DNA of 24,316 nucleotides, taken from the IMG/VR virus record IMGVR_UViG_3300042363_000095, positions 1 through 24,316 of that record; one strand, written 5' to 3'. Of this stretch, positions 1 to 7,655 are shown in pieces. The DNA is from a virus. Taxonomy: Duplodnaviria; Caudoviricetes. Position numbers and translations under genes: made by a program. The notes below the pieces were generated by a model. The model made no database searches. It was not told the origin of the DNA and worked only from the letters and a program-made list of their open reading frames with translations. Positions within the stretch are counted from its first letter, which is position 1, and each line of letters begins with the position of its first letter.

Positions 1-311
1 ATGTCCGATAATATGCCGATTTTCTTAATATGATCCGGCAAACGTGCTGATGTGTATTCCTTACCTATTGATTGCTCAATTCCAAAATCATCCAATTCAT
101 TCAAATCAAATGATTCTATTTTCCCATTTGGTGTATTTTCTGAAATGTGTTTGTTGCGTTCACGCATCAAAATATTGTATGTCCGCATAGTTTTACGCAA
201 TTGCGATGCACTTGCATACCCATATGTTTCGAAATACTTTTCAGAAAATGATTTGATATTTAATGGTGATGAAAAAAAATGATCTTTAATCTGATCGTGT
301 TTTTGGCCCAT
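1..311 (-). CDS. Partial ORF (runs off the left edge), probable calcineurin-like metallophosphoesterase
   Basis: Not in the ORF track. Hand translation from ATG at 311 gives MGQKHDQIKDHFFSS...RLPDHIKKIGILSD, open for 103 codons. KIGILSD matches the start of metallophosphoesterase motif I (D-x-H); the His would fall outside the window. Confidence 0.7.
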   Translation of the reverse strand, partial: MGQKHDQIKDHFFSSPLNIKSFSEKYFETYGYASASQLRKTMRTYNILMRERNKHISENTPNGKIESFDLNELDDFGIEQSIGKEYTSARLPDHIKKIGILSD

Positions 312-325
312 TTGTAGTTTTTTTT

Positions 326-359
326 CAAAATTAGCCATTTAACTAATTAGTAAAACCGA
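326..359 (-). promoter_or_regulatory. Bacteroidota-type -7 box (TAATTTTG, 326-333) within a conserved ~34-bp motif, copy 1
   Basis: Matches TAnnTTTG; 29/34 aligned columns identical to 16691-16723; contains palindrome CTAATTAG. Confidence 0.7.
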
Positions 360-360
360 C

Positions 361-400
361 AAATAAAACAAAAATGGCCGTAGATAATTCCACGACCATT
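361..400 (-). terminator. Intrinsic terminator ending the tail operon
   Basis: Minus strand AATGGTCGTGG-AATTAT-CTACGGCCATT, an 11-bp stem with two G-U pairs that form only on the minus strand, followed by TTTGTTTTATTT. Confidence 0.8.
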
Positions 401-477
401 CTGCATTCAACCTAATCAACATCCGATTCACCCATAAGATGAACGGATGTGCAACCCTAAACCTATGAAAAACAAAA
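361..477 (-). ncRNA. Candidate structured 3'-UTR small RNA (single strand - hairpin - single strand - terminator)
   Basis: Hairpin ACATCCG-TTCA-TCT/GGG-TGAA-T-CGGATGT (419-450) plus the terminator hairpin; G/U-rich linkers are complementary to phage gene leaders. Confidence 0.4.
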
Positions 478-2403
478 TTATTCCTGATATGAAACCCTGT
501 ATGTGCTTGCAACATCCGTATAATTATTCGGAATGTGAAATTGGCACGTGTACACGTTTGATTTTAACTGAACCCGAATTGAATCCACAATGGCTGAATC
601 TGTTTCCGTTAATGTTGGAAATTTGATCCATAATTTATTGGCCATAGTCATCACAGAAAAATCATCCATATTGTACAAATCGCCTTCGTATTGCATTGAA
701 TATTGCCTGAAATCATTCAATCTTTGTTGTGTGACTATCTGTTCTAAAAACAAACCATTGGCATCCTGCGCACGTTTAAATGCGTTGTTGTCCGTAAATG
801 CGCCTAAAAATACAACAGAATCCAAATCAGCCTGAACAACTCCTGTATGCTCTAAAACATCAGATGTCACAAATGTGCCGGATTGCTCCCGAATAAACCA
901 CGCTTCTTTATATACGTTTTGATCCCTGTCAATATTTCTGATGGCGCAATTGTCCAAATACATCCCTGTGTAATTTCCCGGGGAATTGATATATGGATAC
1001 GAAAATCCCAATTCCATTGTTCCGGGTTCAGGTGCTGCACCTGTTGTGAATTTAAACGTTTCAAATCTACCTTCGCCAACAACTGCCGTTTCATTCCAAA
1101 TTATTGATCCGGATGTTCCCCACGTTTTGTTCACATTGCTCCAATACTGATATGTGCCGGGCGCATATTCAATCCGTAAAAACCACGGCAATCTGTTATC
1201 GCTTCCGCCCCTGTCAATATTAACTGATATTAATACCTGATATTGGTTGCCTTTAATGGCTGATGCTGCCCCTGTACTTGCTAATCTTGTTGTGTAAACA
1301 CCCAATGCGCTTGTTCCTACATATTTAAGCGATTTGCGGCCGGCAAATGGCACAGGTACAAATTCTGTTGTGACCAATGTAGTGATCCAATTTTCGTAAT
1401 CAAATTCAAATGATGCATTGAAATTCAAATCATCCTGTTGCTGTGAAATATCAACAATTTCCTGATATTTTTTGACCGGCCTACGGGGTGTTCTGAACAA
1501 ATTTTGGCCAATCGGCTGCATATTTGTTGGCACAACTTTCAGCATATTGGTTGTCACCGTTGATTGCTCAACACCTGATGCATTATAAATCCAATATTTG
1601 ATTTCCTCTGATCCTGCATTCAAAAACCCTTGTTTGGCTGTTAAAATGCCCGATCCGGTGTATGTTCCGGCCTGTATTCCTGCAATGATTCGTTGATCAC
1701 CATAAGATGAACAATTGACAATATACCAACGGCCAAATGATTGAAAAATACGGCAATTGAATCCAAGTAATATTGAACGCAATGTCATTTTTGCATCATT
1801 GATGATGTATGAATTGTTGTAAAACCCTGATTTTTTGATTGTAATTTGATCAAATACGTTTTTCCACGCTGAATCCGTTGCAATCCTTAAATCATTACTA
1901 ATGTAGATGTCATACCCCAATTGTAAATTGGCCAATCCGTTCCACATAAATTTCCACAGGGTTTGATTATCAACCGTGACTGCCGGCATCCACGTATCAT
2001 ACCCATCTAATTGCCCCAAATTGTCTGTGGCTGTAATTGACAATGAATATGGTGTGGAAACCAATGCCTGTGAATATAGATCGTTTACAACCCATCCTGA
2101 CCAATATGTCTGCCACGATCCGGCCGATGCCTCAAAATATACCACCACTTTGTATTCACGTTCATCATACAGGTAAAAATCGTCATACGTAACGTCATCC
2201 GTTACCATCAAATTCAACGTGCATAATGATCCAATTAATGGCTCATATAAATCCTCCTCTGCCTTCCACTCTATTTCAACCGGCTCACCTGTTCCAATCA
2301 TTGGTAAAACCTCACCGGTGTAACCATTTTTGAAAATCTCAACCTTTCGTTTGTTGCCCTTTATGTCGGCAAATTCCAAACGATATTTCACACCGTATGC
2401 CAT
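478..2403 (-). CDS. Putative tail tip / baseplate hub protein (641 aa)
   Basis: Directly follows the tape measure gene; aromatic and beta-rich; internal segment (NFNASFE...YLDNCAIR) resembles a carbohydrate-binding-type beta-sandwich. Confidence 0.6.
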   Translation of the reverse strand: MAYGVKYRLEFADIKGNKRKVEIFKNGYTGEVLPMIGTGEPVEIEWKAEEDLYEPLIGSLCTLNLMVTDDVTYDDFYLYDEREYKVVVYFEASAGSWQTYWSGWVVNDLYSQALVSTPYSLSITATDNLGQLDGYDTWMPAVTVDNQTLWKFMWNGLANLQLGYDIYISNDLRIATDSAWKNVFDQITIKKSGFYNNSYIINDAKMTLRSILLGFNCRIFQSFGRWYIVNCSSYGDQRIIAGIQAGTYTGSGILTAKQGFLNAGSEEIKYWIYNASGVEQSTVTTNMLKVVPTNMQPIGQNLFRTPRRPVKKYQEIVDISQQQDDLNFNASFEFDYENWITTLVTTEFVPVPFAGRKSLKYVGTSALGVYTTRLASTGAASAIKGNQYQVLISVNIDRGGSDNRLPWFLRIEYAPGTYQYWSNVNKTWGTSGSIIWNETAVVGEGRFETFKFTTGAAPEPGTMELGFSYPYINSPGNYTGMYLDNCAIRNIDRDQNVYKEAWFIREQSGTFVTSDVLEHTGVVQADLDSVVFLGAFTDNNAFKRAQDANGLFLEQIVTQQRLNDFRQYSMQYEGDLYNMDDFSVMTMANKLWIKFPTLTETDSAIVDSIRVQLKSNVYTCQFHIPNNYTDVASTYRVSYQE

Positions 2404-2405
2404 AA

Positions 2406-4700
2406 TTATCCAATTCTGTTTCTTTGCTTTTCTGCTCTTGCTAATGCCACCACTAAATCCTGACCACGCAACACAAATTCACCTGTCATTGCTGTGCTGC
2501 CTCCGTTGCCTTGATCTAACATTCCCTGTAATTTGGACAATGGTGCGATAACCTCCGGATTCGATTTTGCGCCCGGATATTCACCCATTAAACCCATTGT
2601 TGGGCCGGATACGATACCACCTGCCGCAAATTTTGGAATTGCTGCAAATGCTGACAATACCCCACCAACTGCCGTTGCAATAAATGCCGGCTGTGCAAAT
2701 ACGGCCAATGGCCCTGTTGCTGCTGCTGATTGTGATGCTGATGCAATTGATGATGCCATTGCAGATGCTTGATTCATAATGATTTGTTTTAAAATCATTG
2801 TTCCCAATTCAACCATTGTGCGCAACATTACCTGTGCAAATCCCTCCAAACCACTTGATGCCAATCCCATTGAATCAACAATAGATTGTCCTAATGCGCT
2901 GAATGCATTTCCTGCCGTATCCGCAACCATTTGGCCAATGGCCATAATCTTTTCCATTTGGGCCGCAACCGTTGCTGCTGCTGTTGCTGCATCAGTATTG
3001 GCAAATGTGTTTATAGTTTCGGCAACTGCACCAAATTTTTCCTCTAATGCTAATAAATCCTCTTGATCATATTTTGCATTTAATGCTGCCTGATCCTGTC
3101 TGTATTTTTCATCAATTACAGATGTATCCTGATGTAATCTGTTGCGTTCATTTATTTGTTGATCGTAAACAGATGCTAAATTTTCAACCTCTTTTTGCCT
3201 TTCAGTCAAATATTTGGATGACTGTGCATCTGCAATTGCTTGATCCTCTTTTGCAACCTTTTCTTTTAATGCTGTTAATTTGTCAAATTCGCCTGCAAAA
3301 TATTTGTTGCTTTCATCAAATGCTTTTTTCCTCGCTTCTTCGGCCGGATCTTTTGCTTTTGCTTTGCTTTTTGGTGCTTTCAATCCACCAACCGGCATTC
3401 CTAATTTTAAATCGGCTTTTGCTGTTTGGGCTTCTAATTTTGCCTTTTTTTCAATCCCTGCAATTAACGCATTGTTTTGTGCTATCAATTGCAATTGGCC
3501 TTTTATTTGTTGATCAATTGCCTGTGTTGAAATACCTTGTGCCGTATTCATACCGGTAATTGGCCCACTTGCCATCCCTTTTTGCTTTTTTAGCAATTCA
3601 ATGGATGCTAAAATTTGCTTGTTTTTCTCCCGGATTGCGTTGGCATCTTTTGTTTCCTGTTCTGTTAGCTTATTATCAGGATTTAATGCTTTGGAATAAT
3701 CATATGCCGATACCGCTGCCAATCCTAACAATGTTGCTAAACCTGCAATTCCACCGGCTGTTTTTAATGTTAAATTAAATCTAACTGCTGCCGCACTCAT
3801 TAGATTGAAACCCTCAATTACTTTCGGAACAATTGTGCCAACCAAAAACAATAATGGCCCAACACCTGCCGTGATCCCTGCTAATGCAACAATAAATGTT
3901 TTTGTGCCTTCACTTGAATTTGAGAATCCTGCAATCAATGAATTTAATGATGTCACGATACTTGTGACTGCCGGCAACATAACCTGACCAAATTGCGCAC
4001 TCAATTGTTTCACACCTTCACCAAACATTCTCATTTGGTTTGCTGCAGCATCATTTGTTCGTGCGAAATCGCCTTGTGCATTGGCCGTGTTTGCCATTAC
4101 GTAATTATAACGCAACAACACCTTTTCGGCCTGTGTCATCGTATCATATTGCTTTGTCATCCCTTGCGATAATGCAAAGGTTTTCAAATTGGTTTCGGTC
4201 ATAATAACCCCCAACCTTTTCAATGATTCCGTTTCACCGGTAAAAATTCCGTTTAATGCCGTTGTGGCTTCCTTTATATTAATGTTTTTAAAGGATGATA
4301 AATCACCGGCCAATCCGACTAATGATGTGGACAATTTGGATGCCTCACCAACACCCATTCCCATTGATGTGGCCATATCGCCAAACAATGATGCCATATC
4401 CAATGCAGTACCTTCCGCAATACCAAATGATGTCAATGATGTTTTGGCAAAATCTTTCACCACATCTGATGATGATTTGAATGCCACATCAACTTTGTTC
4501 ATTGACTCATTGAAATCAGATGCCATCATCACAGATGCAGCCCCTGCGGCCAATAATGGCGCAGTCACAAATGTGGACATTGTTTTGCCTAATTCTGCCG
4601 CTTGTTTTGAAAACGACACCAATGATTTTTGTGCATCGGATAATGCTGCATTTAGATCGGCTGCATCACCGGTTATTCGGACTTTTAATTCTTCTGCCAT
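2406..4700 (-). CDS. Tail tape measure protein (764 aa)
   Basis: N-terminal LKVRITGDAADL, Ala-rich helical composition, GETESLKRLG motif, hydrophobic stretches, C-terminal FAAGGIVSGPT..GE..PEVIAPL motif; follows the chaperone pair. Confidence 0.93.
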   Translation of the reverse strand: MAEELKVRITGDAADLNAALSDAQKSLVSFSKQAAELGKTMSTFVTAPLLAAGAASVMMASDFNESMNKVDVAFKSSSDVVKDFAKTSLTSFGIAEGTALDMASLFGDMATSMGMGVGEASKLSTSLVGLAGDLSSFKNINIKEATTALNGIFTGETESLKRLGVIMTETNLKTFALSQGMTKQYDTMTQAEKVLLRYNYVMANTANAQGDFARTNDAAANQMRMFGEGVKQLSAQFGQVMLPAVTSIVTSLNSLIAGFSNSSEGTKTFIVALAGITAGVGPLLFLVGTIVPKVIEGFNLMSAAAVRFNLTLKTAGGIAGLATLLGLAAVSAYDYSKALNPDNKLTEQETKDANAIREKNKQILASIELLKKQKGMASGPITGMNTAQGISTQAIDQQIKGQLQLIAQNNALIAGIEKKAKLEAQTAKADLKLGMPVGGLKAPKSKAKAKDPAEEARKKAFDESNKYFAGEFDKLTALKEKVAKEDQAIADAQSSKYLTERQKEVENLASVYDQQINERNRLHQDTSVIDEKYRQDQAALNAKYDQEDLLALEEKFGAVAETINTFANTDAATAAATVAAQMEKIMAIGQMVADTAGNAFSALGQSIVDSMGLASSGLEGFAQVMLRTMVELGTMILKQIIMNQASAMASSIASASQSAAATGPLAVFAQPAFIATAVGGVLSAFAAIPKFAAGGIVSGPTMGLMGEYPGAKSNPEVIAPLSKLQGMLDQGNGGSTAMTGEFVLRGQDLVVALARAEKQRNRIG

Positions 4701-4711
4701 AATGTAAAGTT

Positions 4712-4749
4712 AAAAAAAAAGCCAAACCATTATTTGGATTGACTTTTTT
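4712..4749 (-). terminator. Intrinsic terminator between chaperone pair and tape measure
   Basis: Minus strand AGTCAATCCA-AATAA-TGGTTTGGCT followed by a T run; overlaps the stop at 4730. Confidence 0.55.
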
Positions 4750-5068
4750 CAATTTGATCTAAAAATGCCTTGAATTGTTCCGGTGTTGATTTTGGTTTTC
4801 CTTTCTCCAAATACACATCCTGTGGCAATGAAAATAATTTGTCCGGTGTAACTAACTGTGAACGTTTTGTGGCTTGCGAATTTACAATCATCGTGCTTGT
4901 AAATCTGTGCATTTCCCAATGTAGGTTCACGTTTACGCTCCAAGACTCCCCTAACAACGCATTTTCTTTCCACGTATTGCGCCAAAAATTGTCCGGTGGT
5001 ATTCCTGCTTGACCAATGTAAAAATCAAGCAATCGATCCCACGTTAGGGGTTTGTCGGCTTTGGGTTT
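4730..5068 (-). CDS. Tail assembly chaperone, -1 frameshift extension (gpGT-like)
   Basis: The frame of ORF 4730-5032 stays open upstream (KPKADKPLTWDRLLDFY) to the slippery heptamer at 5065-5071; its track start is only a TTG. Confidence 0.75.
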   Translation of the reverse strand, partial: KPKADKPLTWDRLLDFYIGQAGIPPDNFWRNTWKENALLGESWSVNVNLHWEMHRFTSTMIVNSQATKRSQLVTPDKLFSLPQDVYLEKGKPKSTPEQFKAFLDQIEKSQSK

Positions 5069-5436
5069 TTTGTGGATTTCTCAACGTTTCTACGCACACC
5101 TGCATTCAAGTCATTGCCTAAAATACGGGATTGCATCAATGTATTGACAATCAATGTCAATTGATTTTGATCAACATCCTCCATCCAATCACCAACCGTG
5201 TAAATCGTGTAATCAATTTCATTTCCGTTTTCTTGATCATATGCCAATAAACCGGAATAAACCAATGCACGCATTGATGACAATGATAAACCACTACTAA
5301 AAACTTTGTCTATTTCTGAAATGCTGAATCCTGATGCCTGTTCAAATGCGGCCCAAAAATTCATTGAGAAATGCAGGGTGCGAATTTTACCGCCAACATT
5401 CAATTGACAATACCCCCTTTTTTGATTGACTTCCAT
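5044..5436 (-). CDS. Tail assembly chaperone (gpG-like, 130 aa)
   Basis: Between tail tube and tape measure genes; ends with a slippery site. Confidence 0.8.
   Translation of the reverse strand: MEVNQKRGYCQLNVGGKIRTLHFSMNFWAAFEQASGFSISEIDKVFSSGLSLSSMRALVYSGLLAYDQENGNEIDYTIYTVGDWMEDVDQNQLTLIVNTLMQSRILGNDLNAGVRRNVEKSTKNPKPTNP
5065..5071 (-). other. -1 programmed frameshift site A AAA AAC
   Basis: In-frame X XXY YYZ heptamer (ACA AAA AAC); the -1 frame is that of the downstream ORF with no stop in between. Confidence 0.75.
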
Positions 5437-5454
5437 ATTTGTTTGATTAGGTGA

Positions 5455-5494
5455 TAAACTCTAAACCCCTGCACCATATTACCGATGCAGGGGA
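5455..5494 (-). terminator. Stem-loop after tail tube gene (weak terminator or mRNA stabiliser)
   Basis: CCCCTGCATCG-GTAATA-TGGTGCAGGGG on the minus strand, followed by a poor U tract (TTTAGAGTTT). Confidence 0.6.
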
Positions 5495-5513
5495 TGTATT
5501 TTAATTCAACAAA

Positions 5514-5924
5514 TTATGCGTTTGTTGATTTTACGATTGCGCCTGTCAATGTGATTGATCCTGAGAATGTCACCGCTGCTTCCATTTCTGCTGATTGCTC
5601 AATTGATGCGATATATCCTTCCGCTGTATAGATCACATCGCCTGTTGCTGATGTACCGAATACACACGTGATGATTGTACGGTTCAAAACGAAATCAACT
5701 AATTCTTCCGCGTTTGCAGCCGATGCGTAGTTCACTAAACCATCAAACGAAATTTCGCCTGAACGTAAACCGCTGATTCCCTCAGACCATCCGCCTGAAT
5801 TTTTTGTTGTTGCATCTGCAATGTCTTGTGAAATAGACAATGAACATGATGTTGTGTGTGCAATGGCCGTTCCTTCAACTTTGATCAATAGGTTCGTGCC
5901 GTTAAATACTCCCGATGTTGCCAT
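5514..5924 (-). CDS. Major tail tube protein (TP901-1-like, 136 aa)
   Basis: FNGTNLLIKV...IAHTTSCSLSI..D.TTK.SGGW.E.ISGLRSGEISFDG pattern; has its own -7 box and a downstream stem-loop. Confidence 0.85.
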   Translation of the reverse strand: MATSGVFNGTNLLIKVEGTAIAHTTSCSLSISQDIADATTKNSGGWSEGISGLRSGEISFDGLVNYASAANAEELVDFVLNRTIITCVFGTSATGDVIYTAEGYIASIEQSAEMEAAVTFSGSITLTGAIVKSTNA

Positions 5925-5953
5925 ATTTTTGTTTAATTTTTATGCTCTTATTT

Positions 5954-5965
5954 TATGCAAATATA
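5954..5965 (-). promoter_or_regulatory. -7 box TATATTTG(CATA) upstream of major tail tube gene
   Basis: TAnnTTTG match at 5958-5965; 12 bp identical to 7195-7206. Confidence 0.65.
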
Positions 5966-5976
5966 TTCAAAATGCA

Positions 5977-6426
5977 TTATAGATTTTGCCATTGAATATT
6001 TAAGTTTTCCCAATTGGTAAACACCAAATTCCAAATCAATCGTTGATCTGTATAAATCCGGCCCGAAATTGTAAAATCAACCGAATACGTTGAAACGTTT
6101 TCCATTTGGCTGACCTGTTCCACATTGTTAATGTATCCCAATCCGTAATAAAACATCCCGGCCGACTGAAACACCCATTGCACCTCTTTTCGTGTGATAA
6201 TCCGTTCTGCAAAGTCCGTAAAATTAACCTGATCAGAATAATCCACCAACCCTTCCGCTGAAAAGGATGCCGATCGTTTACCGGCCAAAACTTCCTTCCA
6301 TCCCTGCGAATCTTTATTGGTAAATTCGGCCATATCCATTTGCAAAGACATCGTGGCTGATTTGGAATGTCCTAATGCCACATCGCCTTCATACAAAACA
6401 ACATTGGTGCCGTTTACTAATGCCAT
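5977..6426 (-). CDS. Second tail tube paralogue with Trp-rich C-terminal extension (149 aa)
   Basis: Aligns by eye with 5514-5924 (VNGTNVVL, HSKSATMSL, TNKDSQGWKEVLAGKRS, EGLVDY); extra tail DQRLIWNLVFTNWENLNIQWQNL. Confidence 0.8.
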   Translation of the reverse strand: MALVNGTNVVLYEGDVALGHSKSATMSLQMDMAEFTNKDSQGWKEVLAGKRSASFSAEGLVDYSDQVNFTDFAERIITRKEVQWVFQSAGMFYYGLGYINNVEQVSQMENVSTYSVDFTISGRIYTDQRLIWNLVFTNWENLNIQWQNL

Positions 6427-6774
6427 TTAAACCGCAGGTGATTCAATTGATGGCTCAATAGGTGCTTCCGGTGTCGGTGTTAATTCCGGTGGCACAGGTG
6501 GCACGTATTCGCCTGTAATTGTCAAATTCAATTGCTGTGCAACCCAATCCCATGCATAAGCATCTGCCTGCCATTTCTTATAATCATCTCCTCTCATTGT
6601 CAAATTTCCTTGTGCTAAATTTGATCCAATGAATCCATCAATTGTTTCCTCATAAATGCCAAACCAAAAATTGGCATATTCTCCTAATATTACATTGCTT
6701 GCAAATGTATTTATAATTTTTGCCTGCTTAATTAATCCATTATCCCAAATGGAAACCGGTTCGATTGTTTTCAT
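6427..6774 (-). CDS. Hypothetical fibre-associated protein (115 aa), Pro/Glu-rich tail
   Basis: Tightly packed in the fibre module; function inferred from position only. Confidence 0.7.
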   Translation of the reverse strand: MKTIEPVSIWDNGLIKQAKIINTFASNVILGEYANFWFGIYEETIDGFIGSNLAQGNLTMRGDDYKKWQADAYAWDWVAQQLNLTITGEYVPPVPPELTPTPEAPIEPSIESPAV

Positions 6775-6775
6775 A

Positions 6776-7171
6776 TTAAATTTCTATTTCTTCTTCTAAA
6801 TTTGTGAACTCAACACCCTCAACCCATCCATTTAAGAATCCAAATTCTTCTAATCCATCCGGACTGACAATCTGAATGGCAATAAAATCAACCTCTGTCA
6901 AATTCAATGCCTTTGATTTTTCAGTCAATTTTTTCAATCCATCTTTTGTGTATGAATAACCGCCATTTTCTTTTAAAATTAGGTTCCCATCCTTATCAAC
7001 TGATGCATTGTCTAATCGATATTCCTCTGCCTGTTCCTCATATTTATCTAAATATGGCTTTAATTTCTCATTGATTTTGGCCAATTTCTTTTGTGCCTTA
7101 GTCTTTTGATCACCGGCAAAATGGTTTAAAATGCGTGACAAAACAATGATTTCTGCGTACTTTCTTTTCAT
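6776..7171 (-). CDS. Hypothetical helical protein (131 aa), possible fibre chaperone
   Basis: Start moved to MKRKYAE at 7171 because the track start (7201) overlaps a -7 box and 7171 carries the ACCAAATCAA-N6-ATG leader. Confidence 0.7.
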   Translation of the reverse strand: MKRKYAEIIVLSRILNHFAGDQKTKAQKKLAKINEKLKPYLDKYEEQAEEYRLDNASVDKDGNLILKENGGYSYTKDGLKKLTEKSKALNLTEVDFIAIQIVSPDGLEEFGFLNGWVEGVEFTNLEEEIEI

Positions 7172-7194
7172 TTTATGTTGATTTGGTTGTTTAA

Positions 7195-7206
7195 TATGCA
7201 AATATA
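7195..7206 (-). promoter_or_regulatory. -7 box TATATTTG(CATA)
   Basis: TAnnTTTG match at 7199-7206 in the intergenic gap; identical to 5954-5965. Confidence 0.65.
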
Positions 7207-7210
7207 CTGA

Positions 7211-7654
7211 TTATGGACAATACGTTGAACCTGTTACAATTTGAATTGATCCATTGTATCCGGATGGTATCATTACCTGTGGCCCCTGCGATATTCCGTT
7301 GTAATAAAAAAAGCGATTAGTAAATCCGGGCAAAATATATCTTTGTCCAATTCCTAATGTTGGAAAAATTCGTGTCCATGCTCCTGCACCTCCATCACAC
7401 GGTGTCAATTGATAATATATGTATTGAATTGCCTGCAATTGGCTTTTTACAACCAATTCGTTATTTGGCACACCAATCAATGGCACCGGGCTAATTTCAA
7501 TATATGATTGAATTAATTCTTTTCGCACGCAACGGCTTGCAGATTCACCTGATGGTGGCATCGGTAACAATTGAAGAAAATACCCATTATTACAAGCATC
7601 AATTAAGCTATCCCACGAACACGTTTGGTTTGATGCCACGTTTATCCATTGCAT
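7211..7654 (-). CDS. Hypothetical Cys-containing protein (147 aa), possible fibre-tip adhesin
   Basis: Starts 1 nt after the fibre stop; five Cys, ends in YCP. Confidence 0.65.
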   Translation of the reverse strand: MQWINVASNQTCSWDSLIDACNNGYFLQLLPMPPSGESASRCVRKELIQSYIEISPVPLIGVPNNELVVKSQLQAIQYIYYQLTPCDGGAGAWTRIFPTLGIGQRYILPGFTNRFFYYNGISQGPQVMIPSGYNGSIQIVTGSTYCP

Positions 7655-7655
7655 A

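Noticed and set aside
465-626. Plus-strand 53-aa ORF (MKNKIIPDMKPCMC...) behind a plausible-looking leader
   Set aside because: Almost entirely antisense to the tail-tip gene, with no recognisable product; kept only as an alternative explanation for the 361-477 finding.
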